From assembly GCA_963739555.1 (NCBI GenBank), contig CAVUAV010000011.1, positions 92,558 through 156,557 on the forward strand: a stretch of 64,000 nucleotides of DNA. The letters run 5' to 3'. Positions 9,827 through 19,536 of the stretch are shown here, piece by piece. A program made the translations under genes and the position numbers. Within the stretch, counting starts at the first letter, position 1. The number at the start of each line of letters is the position of its first letter. Source of the DNA: an uncultured Acidimicrobiales bacterium. GTDB taxonomy: Bacteria; Actinomycetota; Acidimicrobiia; Acidimicrobiales; DATKAS01. A model generated the notes under the pieces. The model worked only from the letters and a program-made list of their open reading frames with translations, was not told the origin of the DNA and did no database searches.

Positions 9827-11151
9827 ATGAGACGTCGGATCCTCCTTGCGATCCTTGCGATCACCGCGCTCGCAGTCGCGTTGTTCGGGATCCCACTCGG
9901 CATCGTCGTGCGACATCAGGAGACCGACGAGGCGACGCTGCGCCTCGAACGCCAGGCCACCATCGCGGCCGCCGACGTGCCGAGCGACCTGGGGCAGGAT
10001 GGGGACGAGGTCGCTCTGCCTTCCCCACCCGCGAACGTGAAGTACGCGCTGTACACACCGCAGGGCGCGCTCGTCACCGGCGACGGACCGAGCCGCGCGG
10101 ACCAGACGGTGGCGGACGCGACGCATGGCGACATCACCGACACGGAAGCGGGCGGACGGCTCGTGGTCGCGGTTCCCGTCAGCTCGAACGGGGAGGTCGT
10201 CGGCGTGGTGAGAGCCGAGCGCTCTCTCGCGAGCGTCGAGGGCCAAGTCTGGAGGCGGTGGGGAGCTATGGGAGCGATCGCGTTCGTCGCGTTCGCCATC
10301 GCTGCTGCTGTCGCCACGATTCGAAGCCCGCCGGCTCACGCGCCCAGTCGAAGACGTGCGAGATGCCGCGCGGCGGCTCGGCGAGGGCGACTTCTCGGTG
10401 TCGGTCCCGGCATCTGGCGTTCGCGACCTCGACGACGTGGCGGACGCGCTGACGGCGACCGCCCAGCGGCTCGGCGAGCTGATACGCGCGCGAGCGCGCC
10501 TTCAGCGCCAACGCGTCCCACCAGCTGCGCACGCCGCTGACCGGCCTCCGACTCACGATCGAGACCGAGCTCACCGACCCACGTGATGACCCGACCGCGG
10601 TGCTGCTCGAAGCCCTTGACGAGCTCGACCGGCTCGAGGCGACGGTGAGCCAGCTCCTCGCGCTCGCCCGCGACAGTGCGAGCCCGAGAAGCCCGGTCGA
10701 CGTCGGTTTGCTGCTGCAGAAGCTCGAGCGACGCTGGCGTCGACCTCTCGCCGCGCTCGGCCGCCGGCTCGAGATCGTCGTGGACGACGAGCTCCCCCGC
10801 CCCGAGGTCTCAGAGGTGGCGATCAGTCAAGTGCTCGATGTGCTCATCGACAACGCGGCGCATCACGGCGCCGGAGTCGTCACGGTCGAGGCGACGGGCG
10901 TCGTGTCCGGCGTCTCGCTGAGCGTCACGGACGAGGGCGCTGGCATCGCGGACCCGGCTCGCATCTTCGAGCGCCGCAGCACCGATGCAAGAGGGCACGG
11001 CATCGGCCTCGCGCTCGCACGCAGCGTCGTCGAGGCCGAGGGCGGGCGCCTCATGCTCGAGCGCAGCGCGCCGCGCCCGCAGTTCGTGATCGTGCTGCCG
11101 GCAACCCGTCCCGTACGGAAAGCGCCGCAGCCCGCGCCAGTTCCCGCCTAA
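9827..11151 (+). CDS. HAMP-domain sensor histidine kinase (two frameshifts, near 10325 and 10485)
   Basis: Two TM segments, HAMP domain, H-box NASHQLRTPLTGL, N-box LIDNAAHH, DEGAGI and GHGIGLALAR. Confidence 0.88.
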
Positions 11152-12810
11152 GGCCCGTTCAGCTGAGGGATCTCGGGCGCGAGGCCGACGTTGTTGGTGC
11201 TGACGTTGATGCAGGTGGCAACGCCGGAATCGAGCGCGTCGTCGAGAGCGTGTGCGAGGCCATCGAGCGTGTCGACGCGCACCCCTCGGCCGCCGAAGGC
11301 GAGCCATGACCTCGTGGTAGCTCGCGTCCGAGAGCGTCGTGCCGACCACGCGATGGCGTCCGTCCGGGCGCATCTGGAAGCCCTGTGAGGCGCCCCATCG
11401 AGCGTTGTTCATCACGACGACCACGATCGGGAGGCCGTGGCGCACCATCGCCTCGAACTCCCCGATCGCGAAGCCGGCGGCCCCATCGCCGGTGATGCAC
11501 ACCACGCTTCTTCCCGGCGCGGCCTTCGCCGCGCCGATCGCCGCGCCGAACCCCATGCCCATGCAGCCCAACCGGCTGTGCGTGAAGTACTGCGCACCCG
11601 CGGGCAGGCGGAGCGCATCGTGCAGCCAGTGCTTGCACACGGCACCGTCGCCGATGACGAGCGCGTCGTGGAGCGCAGCTGCGTCTGACGCGACACGTGC
11701 CGCGGCGTAGGGGTGCAGGCGCTCACCGTCGGTCGTCTCGATCGCATCGAGCTGCGACCGTGTCGCGGCGAGCGATGCGCGCACCGTGGCGCGCCAATCC
11801 GGATCCACCTTCCACACGTGATCGCGGCTCCTCGCCGCGAGCGCTCGAATCGTCTCCTCGGGATCCGCGATGACGGCCAGCGCCGCGGGAGCGAACCGAC
11901 CGACCTCGGCTGCGTCGCTGTCGACCTGCAGGATGGTCGTGCCCCATGCGACGCCGCCGTCGCGCAAGCCCGGCGTGTCGAAGCCGAAGCGCACACCCAG
12001 CGCGAGGGCGACGTCCGGTCGCTGGCCTTCGGGAAGGCGACCGAGCTGGTACAGGGTGCCCCCGTACCGATCGTCGTCGTCGGCAACCGCGCCGATCGCG
12101 CCGTAGTCGGCGAAGCAAGGAACGCCCGTGACGTCGAGGAGGTCGTTGCACGCGACACGCGCACCGGCGCTTGGGGCACCGCCCAGCAAGAGCACCGGGC
12201 GTGCTGCGCTCGCGAGCCGCTCGAGGAGCGCGGCGACGGCCTCCGCGCTGGGCGCGGCGGCAGCGAGGGCGGGCGGCGCGTCGAGGGTCAACGTCGCGTC
12301 GGCGTCGAGGACGTCGGCCGGGATGTCCAGCAGCACCGGGCCGCGCGGCGCTGTCGTCGCGATGCGGATCGCCTGAGCCACGACGCGGCCGAGCTGATCG
12401 ACCGAATGCACCTTGCACGTCCACTTGCTGATGGGTGCCGCCAGGCCGACGTGGTCGATGCCGACCTGCAAGCCGTTGGACTCGAGCGTCGATTCGGGCG
12501 TCGAGCCGACCACGTAGATGACCGCGGTGCGATCGAGCATCGCGTTCGTCATCGACGTGAGGACGTTCGTGAGTCCCGGACCCGGGCACACGGCCGCGAC
12601 GCCGAGCGTGCCCGTCAGCCGTGAGAACGCCTCGGCGGCGAACCCCGCGCTCCCCTCGTGGCGAACGTCGACCAGGGCGACGTCGAGGTCGGGGCACGCC
12701 TGGAAGATGGGATCGATCTGCACCCCGTGGATCGCGAAGATCGCCGTGGTCCCCGCCTTGCGCACGGCGTCGACGAGCACGTGCCCACCGTTCGGTTGGA
12801 ATGGCTCCAT
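11148..12810 (-). CDS. Thiamine-diphosphate enzyme, benzaldehyde-lyase-like (frameshift near 11300)
   Basis: IHGVQIDPIFQAC, VRHEGSAGFAAE, NGLQVGIDH and RGPVLLDIP; ThDP motif GDGAAGFAIGEF...MNNARWG. Stop at 11148 after ...APEIPQLNGP. Confidence 0.85.
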
Positions 12811-12868
12811 CGCCGGATCGTAGGACCCGCTGCTTTCTGCTTGCATTGGACCGACGACAGGGGGTGCC

Positions 12869-14158
12869 GTGGACGAGCTGCAGGGCTGGCTGGAAGAGAG
12901 CTGGGATCCCGACCTGACGGTCGGCGAGTGGTGGGAGCGTCTCGGCATGTCCGGTTGGGCCGCGCCGCTGCTTCCCGCCGACTGCTACGGACGAGGGCTC
13001 TCGCGGGGCGAGGCGCTCGTGGCCCAGCAGACGATCGCGAAGTTCGGTGCGCTCGGAGCGCCTATCGGCTTGGGGCTGATGCTCGCCGCGCCCACCATCG
13101 CGACGCACGGGACGCGCGACCAGATCGAGCGCTACATCCCCGACCTCGTCACCGGCCGACGGGCGTGGTGCCAGCTGTTCAGCGAGCCCGGCGCGGGCTC
13201 TGACCTCGCCGGCCTCTCGACTCGAGCAGTCCGTGACGGCGACCTGTGGCACGTCAACGGCCAGAAGGTCTGGACCTCGGGCGGACAGATCGCCGACCTC
13301 GGCATGCTCATCGCCCGCACCAACCCAGAGGCGCCGAAGCACCAAGGCATCACCTGGTTCGCGATCGACATGCATCAACCGGGCGTCGAGGTACGGCCGC
13401 TACGCGAGATGACCGGCCACGCGATGTTCAACGAGGTCTTCCTCACCGACGCAGTCGTCCCCGACGACGCGTGGATCGGCGATGTCAACAACGGCTGGGC
13501 GGTCGCGAACACGACGCTGCAGTTCGAGCGCTCGGGCATGGGCGCTGGCGGCGGTGCACCGGTGCGTGGCGCGTGGATGGCACTGCCGGGAACCGTCGCC
13601 GGGCACTTGCAGCAGCGAGCGGGCGACTTCGTGGCCCCCGCCCGCAAAGGCGGCAACGGGAACGGCAACCGCGCGCAGCGATCGACGGGTGCCAAGACCT
13701 ACATCGACCTCGCGAGGGCGCTCGGCCGCAACGATGAGCCCGCGATCCGCCAAGACCTCGCGCGGCTGCACACGCTGAGCGAGCTCGCGCGCTACAACAC
13801 CGAGCGCCACAAGGCCGTGCGGGCTGCCGGCGGCGACATCCCGGGCCTCGCGAACTTCACGAAGCTCTCGATGGCCGACGTCGTGCGGCTGAGCCGCGAC
13901 CTCGGTCTCGAGCTGCTCGGGGCGCGAGGCATGCTCCACGCGTACGACGACGAGGGTCGCAAGGCGCTCGCAGCCGAGCCGGGCGGTGTCGCGGCGATCA
14001 TGGTGACGAGCCAGGCGCTCGGAGCCCAGGCACTGCCGATCTACGGCGGCACCGACCAGATCCAGCGCAACATCATCAGCGAGCGCGCGCTCGGGCTCCC
14101 GAAGGAGCCGGGCGACCTTTCGTCGGTGGCGTTCTCCGAGCTCCCGAAGAACGGCTGA
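12869..14158 (+). CDS. Acyl-CoA dehydrogenase family protein
   Basis: WCQLFSEPGAGSDLAGL, NGQKVWTS, FNEVFLTD and IYGGTDQIQRNII. Confidence 0.93.
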   Translation: MDELQGWLEESWDPDLTVGEWWERLGMSGWAAPLLPADCYGRGLSRGEALVAQQTIAKFGALGAPIGLGLMLAAPTIATHGTRDQIERYIPDLVTGRRAWCQLFSEPGAGSDLAGLSTRAVRDGDLWHVNGQKVWTSGGQIADLGMLIARTNPEAPKHQGITWFAIDMHQPGVEVRPLREMTGHAMFNEVFLTDAVVPDDAWIGDVNNGWAVANTTLQFERSGMGAGGGAPVRGAWMALPGTVAGHLQQRAGDFVAPARKGGNGNGNRAQRSTGAKTYIDLARALGRNDEPAIRQDLARLHTLSELARYNTERHKAVRAAGGDIPGLANFTKLSMADVVRLSRDLGLELLGARGMLHAYDDEGRKALAAEPGGVAAIMVTSQALGAQALPIYGGTDQIQRNIISERALGLPKEPGDLSSVAFSELPKNG

Positions 14159-14186
14159 GCGCGCTCAGCCCTCGCTGGGCCTCCTC

Positions 14187-14250
14187 CGGGATTGATGATT
14201 GGGGGCCGGCATGAGTGCCCCGAGTCATCAATCTCGGGTGGTGGTTCGGG
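14187..14250. repeat. REP-like palindrome between convergent genes (copy 2, inverted)
   Basis: CGGGATTGATGATTGGGGGC-N10-GCCCCGAGTCATCAATCTCG followed by GGTTCGGG, the reverse complement of CCCGAACC. Confidence 0.65.
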
Positions 14251-14255
14251 ACAGG

Positions 14256-15239
14256 TCAGCGCTGCATGACGTGCGTCGCGAACAGGTCGATCGAGCGCAT
14301 CACCTCGGCGTGGGTGAGGTCGCCCATCGTGAACTTTCCGACGAAGAAGTCGGTGCCGGCGCCCTCCTCGAACGCTTCGATGCGCTCGGCGACCGTGGAC
14401 GGCGAGCCGGCGATGACCGCGCCGAGCTGCAGTGCGAGCTCGACATCGCCGCCCAAGGTCGGGTCGTTCGGCGGCGGGATGTCCCACTTGCGGAACAGCG
14501 GAGTCAGGTGCTCGGAGAACACCGGCCACGTGCGCCGTGCGATCGCGAGGGCCTCGTCGTCAGAGGGCGCGACGATCACGCTCGTGATTCCGGCGACGTC
14601 ACCACCGGCCCACCCATTCGCTTCGCACGCGGCCCGATACTTCGCCACCTGCTCGGCCACCATCGGCGGCGGGCCGACGACCACGGTGCTCATGCGGTCC
14701 TTGGCCGCGTGCATGAAGTTGCCCGGGTGCCAGAACGGCGGCGTGGGCGTCTGCAGCGGACGCAACATGATCGGCACGTCGTCGAAGTGGTAGGTGTCGC
14801 CGTGGAAGGTCAGTGATTCGGAGGTGAGCGCGGCGCGGAGCACTGCGAGCGCCTCCTCGTAGTTCTCGACCATCCGCTTGGTGTCGAGGCCCCACAGCTC
14901 GTGCTCGGGAAGGCTGATGCCTCTTCCGACGCCGACGTCGAAACGGCCGTCGAGCATGTGATCGAGCGAGCAGATCTCCTCAGCCAGGCGCAGCGGATGG
15001 TGGAACGGGAGGAGGTAGACGAGCGAGCCCAGGCGGATGCGGCTCGTCGACTCGGCCGCCGCGGCGAACAGCAGCCCGATCTGGGGCATCGAGTCGAGCG
15101 GGATCATGTGGTGCTCTGACTTGAAGTAGTGCGTGAAGCCCGCGTCGTCGAGCGTGCGGATCAGCTCGAGCCGGTCGCGGTAGAGCTGCCCGAGCGGCGG
15201 ACCACTGATCTCGATCTGGTCGAACACCCCGTAGCGCAT
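14256..15239 (-). CDS. LLM-class (luciferase-like) flavin-dependent oxidoreductase
   Basis: SEHH, IRLGSLVYLLPFHHPLRLAEEICSLDHMLDGRFDVGVGRG and RSIDLFATHVM. Confidence 0.92.
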   Translation of the reverse strand: MRYGVFDQIEISGPPLGQLYRDRLELIRTLDDAGFTHYFKSEHHMIPLDSMPQIGLLFAAAAESTSRIRLGSLVYLLPFHHPLRLAEEICSLDHMLDGRFDVGVGRGISLPEHELWGLDTKRMVENYEEALAVLRAALTSESLTFHGDTYHFDDVPIMLRPLQTPTPPFWHPGNFMHAAKDRMSTVVVGPPPMVAEQVAKYRAACEANGWAGGDVAGITSVIVAPSDDEALAIARRTWPVFSEHLTPLFRKWDIPPPNDPTLGGDVELALQLGAVIAGSPSTVAERIEAFEEGAGTDFFVGKFTMGDLTHAEVMRSIDLFATHVMQR

Positions 15240-15292
15240 GCGACGAGTCTTTCAGGCGGCCGGACGGGGCGGCCGAGGGAGAAAGGTGAGGC

Positions 15293-15332
15293 AGAAAGGT
15301 TGGGCATCGAATGATCGGTGCCCAACCTTTCT
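15293..15332. terminator. 18-bp stem-loop downstream of the ScyD/E-like gene
   Basis: agaaaggttgggcatcga-atga-tcggtgcccaacctttct, with one imperfect pair. Confidence 0.65.
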
Positions 15333-15341
15333 CACGTTGCC

Positions 15342-16545
15342 TCAGCCGAGTCTGACCACCGCACCGCTGCCGGGAACGGGGCTCGCGGAGTTGATGCTCA
15401 CGTACATCCTGCCGTCAGGACCCTGAGCGATGCCCCCTGGCAGTGGCAGCGAGCCGCCGCCGACGTGAGTGATCTGCGACGGATGCTGGAACGGGATCAC
15501 GACGACGTCGCCGGGCGGGCCGGCGCTGTTCGGCTGGAACATCTCGGTGGCCCAGAAGTTCCCGGCCCGATCGAACGTGCACGCCGTGGCGGTCGTGAGA
15601 CCACTGGCCCACAGCTGGGGCGTAGCCGGGTGCTGCGGGTCGAAGGTGGCGTTCGGGTCGATTCGGAACACGTTCGCACGCCCTGGCGTCTCGAAGTTCG
15701 CAAGCAAGTCGAGCGTCGCGACGTACAGCATCCCGTCCGGCCCCTGCGCGATGCACGTGGGCGTTGAATCCCGGAACGGCTCAGTCGTCTCGTTCGGGGT
15801 GTACGCGATCATTCGGAGCGTGCCGTTCGAGTTCACCTCGGAGATCGTGTTCGCGGCCGGCGTCGGCGACGAATGTGCGCACGGTCCCCTTGGAGTCCCG
15901 CATCACCAACACGCCGTAGGGGTTGCTGTCGGGGAAGTCGTCCGGGAACAGGGACTTGTGCGCTCCCGTGAACTGGTACATCTGATCGCCCACGTTGCTG
16001 AGATCTCTCGGCGCTCCACTGGCGGGGTCGAGCGCGAACAGGTGGCCCATCTGTGTGGTGCTCACCGCGCCGCCGGTCTGGGCCGCGATGCCGTCGTGCG
16101 ACTCGCTCATGATCATGCGGACCGTGCAGATGCTGCTCGAGCCCGGCGACAGCCACGGCGTGGTCCCGGTGTGTCCCAGGAAGCAGCTGGTGCCGAAGGC
16201 GCTGATGCCCTCTGGCCCGAGCACGTCCGGCGGCTGTGACGGGTCCTCCGAGGCGAACACCGACTCGAACCCGGTGGTCCACGTTGCGGTCTTCGACCCC
16301 GACGCGTACTTGGTGACCCGGCCAGAGCTCGTGAGCCCCGCCGAACCGCTTCCCGCGACGCCCGATTCGGACACGTAGAGGTTTCCTCCACTGTCGAACG
16401 TGATGCCCCGCGGCGTGTTGAGCCCCGTGATCACCGGCGTGGCCACGGAGGCCGCGCCCGCACCCACCGAACCGACCGCAGCAACTGCCGCCACCATCCC
16501 GACCGCAAGCGCCAACGCGAGCGGCGCTCGAAGCTTCCTGCGCAT
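15342..16545 (-). CDS. ScyD/ScyE-family secreted beta-propeller protein (frameshift near 15855)
   Basis: Signal peptide, GLNTPRG, LYVSESG, DSNPYGV...VADAG, STPT..AQGPDGMLYV and PGGIAQGPDGRMYVS. Confidence 0.8.
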
Positions 16546-16672
16546 ACCGCCTCCCTCCCCCCTCGATGACGGGATCGTCACCGAACCCGGGGGATGCTTC
16601 ACCTCGGACGGGAATTGCGCAAGTGCTGGCAACTCGACCAACCAGGTCAGGATTGAGTTTTGCGCGATCGTG

Positions 16673-18125
16673 TCAGTGCGGCACGCGCTCGGCGCGCAGC
16701 GCAGCTCGGCGCACCTTCCCCGCTTCGTCCCGCAACGGAGTGTCGACGAACTCGACCGTGCGCGGCAGCTTGTACTTGGCCAGGCGCTCGACCGCGAACG
16801 TCAGCAGCTCTTGCTCGGTGAGGGCGCCAGGATCGGCCTCGACGATCGCGTGGATGGTGTTGCCCTTGTCCTCGTCGGGCAGCCCGATCACGCACACCGA
16901 CTTCACCGCAGGGTGCTCTTGGATCGCGGCTTCGACCTCGGCCGGATAGATGTTCGCCCCGCCCGACAGGATCATGTCCTGCATGCGATCGCCGAGATAG
17001 AGGTAGCCGTCGGCGTCGAACCAGCCCATGTCGCCGAGCGACTCCCAACCGCCCTCCATCGTGCGGGGCTCGGCTCCCTTGTAGTGGTATGTCGGCTCGT
17101 CGCGAGTCCGCCGCAGCCACACCTCCCCCATCTCTCCGACCGGAAGCTCGTTGCCGTCGACATCCGTGACCTTGAACTCGCCACTGCTCGGACGGCCGAC
17201 CGAGCCGCGGTGCTCGAGCCACTCCGGGCCGGTGATCACTGTGATGCCCTGCCCCTCGGTGCCCGCGTACAGCTCGAAGATCTTTTCCGCACCCAGCCAC
17301 TCGATCCACGCCTCCTTCAGCCACACCGGGCACGGCTCGGCGAGGTGCCACACCACCTTCAACGAGGAGAGGTCGTAGGCGAGGCGCACGTCGTCGGGAA
17401 GACGGAGGATCCGCTTCATCATCGTCGGCACCACATAGATGAGGTTGGCGCGGTGCTCCTCGATGGCGGCGAGGGTGGCCTCCGCGTCGAAGCGCTCGAG
17501 CAGCACCACATGGCTCCCGATCAGCAGCGACTGACACGACCACACCGCAGGACCGTTGTGATAGAGCGGCCCGGGCATCACGAGGCAGCCGTCGCGCTCG
17601 AATCCCGAGCGCCGACGGTGCCTCGTCGTCGATGAGGGACGGATCGCCGGAGATGATCAGCTTCGGCCGTCCGGTCGAGCCGCCTGACGTCGGCGCCTTC
17701 CACGCCGGCGACACGGCATCGGGCATCGGACCATCATCGAGGTCGCGGGGCGACCGGTACCCGACGGGCAGGCACACGGTGTTCGGGAGGCTCTCGGGCT
17801 CGGCTCCCACGACGACCTTCGACTCGGCGAGCGCGACGATCTCGGCGAGCTCGCGCGCAGGGAGCTTGGCGGACACCGGTTGCGGCACGGCGCCGAGCTT
17901 CCAACAACCGAGGTAAGCGACGAACCAGTCCACGGAGTTCGGCAGCGCAACCGTCACGAAGTCGCCGACGCCGACGCCACGCGCCTCGAGGTCGCGCGCC
18001 ATGCGGTTGCCGAGCCGCTCGAGCTCGGATCGAGAAACCGAGCGTCCGCCGCAGGTGACCGCCGGGAAGTCGGGGTTGTCAGCGGCGAGGTCCGAGAGGC
18101 GCCGGGCGAACGAGACGAGAGCCAT
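16673..18125 (-). CDS. AMP-binding acyl-CoA synthetase (bile acid-CoA ligase-like; frameshift near 17605)
   Basis: TSGGSTGRPK, PGPLYHNGP, ELYAGTE, GDMGWFDADGYLYLGDR and RDEAGKV. Confidence 0.9.
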
Positions 18126-18156
18126 GAGCCTCAGTCTGGCTCGCGGCGCGCCCCGA

Positions 18157-18639
18157 TCAGGAAGGAGTCGCCACCGACCGGAACGCGACCTCGCCGAGAC
18201 GGCGGAGGTCCTCAGTCAGCGCCGCAGTGCGATCGCGGTGCCCTGGGATCAGCGAGGCGTAGACGACGTCGAGCAACTTGGGGGCCTTCACGACCTCGAA
18301 CGTCTGCTCGATGGTGGTGCCATCGTCGTGAGGCCGGAGCCGGATGGCCCAATCGGTGCTGTCGGGGTACCGCGCGTTGGAGACGGTGCGCCACACGAGC
18401 TCGTAGGGCTCGGCCGTCACGATCTCGCACACCCGTCCCCACCGGAACACACCGGCGCGGTTTCGGCCGCGAAAGCGCGCACCGGGACGAGCTTCGGTCG
18501 CGTCGCCAAGCCACGTGACGCTGAGGCACTCGTGGCTCCACTCGCCCGTTCGCGTGACGTCGCGGACGACCGCCCACACTGCGTCGATCGTGGCGGCGGT
18601 CTGAACGTCTGCCCGGCCCTGCTTCTGCACTCGCCTCAT
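18157..18639 (-). CDS. SRPBCC family protein
   Basis: VWAVVRDVTRTGEWSHEC and GARFRGRN. Start overlaps the TetR stop. Confidence 0.85.
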   Translation of the reverse strand: MRRVQKQGRADVQTAATIDAVWAVVRDVTRTGEWSHECLSVTWLGDATEARPGARFRGRNRAGVFRWGRVCEIVTAEPYELVWRTVSNARYPDSTDWAIRLRPHDDGTTIEQTFEVVKAPKLLDVVYASLIPGHRDRTAALTEDLRRLGEVAFRSVATPS

Positions 18640-19312
18640 CTCTCGGTCCTTTTTCCTTCCGATCGCTTTCGATCCGGCCTGAGCAAGCGCTCGAGGCCGC
18701 CGCTCATCCATTGCTCGTACTGCTGAGGCGTCCATCCCGACTCGTCGACGAGCAGGCAGTACACCTCCGGGCTCGTCACTGCCCACACGCCGTCGCGCTC
18801 CACCGGCGTCGCGTCGCGGCCGAGGATGAGCGCGATGCTCGCGGCGACGTCGGTGCGCTGACGCTCGCGAGTCGCCTGCAGCTCCTCGGCCATCTCCGCA
18901 TCGTGGCCGGCTGCTTGCCGGATGACCTTCGCCATGGTCGCGGTCCGATCGTGCACAGCGGTCAGCAAGCTGGCCGCGGCCGCCGTTCGCTCACGCAGGC
19001 TGCCGCGCCCCATCGCGGCGAACTCCGGTCGATCGGCGACGGCCAGCGGCTCGTCATCTCCCACGACGGCTACGTCGACGACGCCCTGCAGCAGCGCCCG
19101 CTTCGACGGGAAGTGGGCGTACAGGGTCTCGGTCGCGACCCCCGCTTCGGCCGCGACGTCGCGCATGCCAGTGCCCTGCCAGCCAAGGGCGCTGAACAGC
19201 CGAGATGCCGCCGCAAGGAGTGACTGCCTGGTCTCGGCCGCGCGTCGTCGCGGAGCGGCGAGCGATAACGCCTACTGGCGCCGGGAGCTTCGGAGACGGT
19301 GGTCTCAGCCAC
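18636..19312 (-). CDS. TetR/AcrR family transcriptional regulator (frameshift near 19245)
   Basis: RRYRSPLR N-terminus; HTH MRDVAAEAGVATETLYAHFPSKRALL; GWTPQQYEQW. Confidence 0.88.
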
Positions 19313-19536
19313 GTGATAATCATTAGCACAGCCCAGTATTAAGTACAATATTGTTCCGGTCAATTGGCCGCCTGGGGTTGGGTTCGGCCGCTCGCGGGTC
19401 GCCTCGCGAGAGGCCTGGCGTCCTCACCAGGCGCCTGATCTCTGGGTCACTTCGGCCCGCGTCCGCCGCGAGCTGCGTCGTGCTTTCACGGAACCTGTCG
19501 AATGGCGCGCATCAGGTCACCCTCCAGCCAAGAGGC

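Noticed and set aside
15342-16545. Scytonemin biosynthesis implied by the ScyD/E-like gene
   Set aside because: No other scy genes are adjacent, and the family is a widespread secreted beta-propeller.
19313-19370. AT-rich patch with the palindrome ACAATATTGT
   Set aside because: Adequately explained as the TetR promoter/operator region; exact boxes could not be fixed.
19486-19512. Mini-ORF MRAIRQVP with a GGAGGG RBS on the minus strand
   Set aside because: Too short to distinguish a gene stub or leader peptide from chance.
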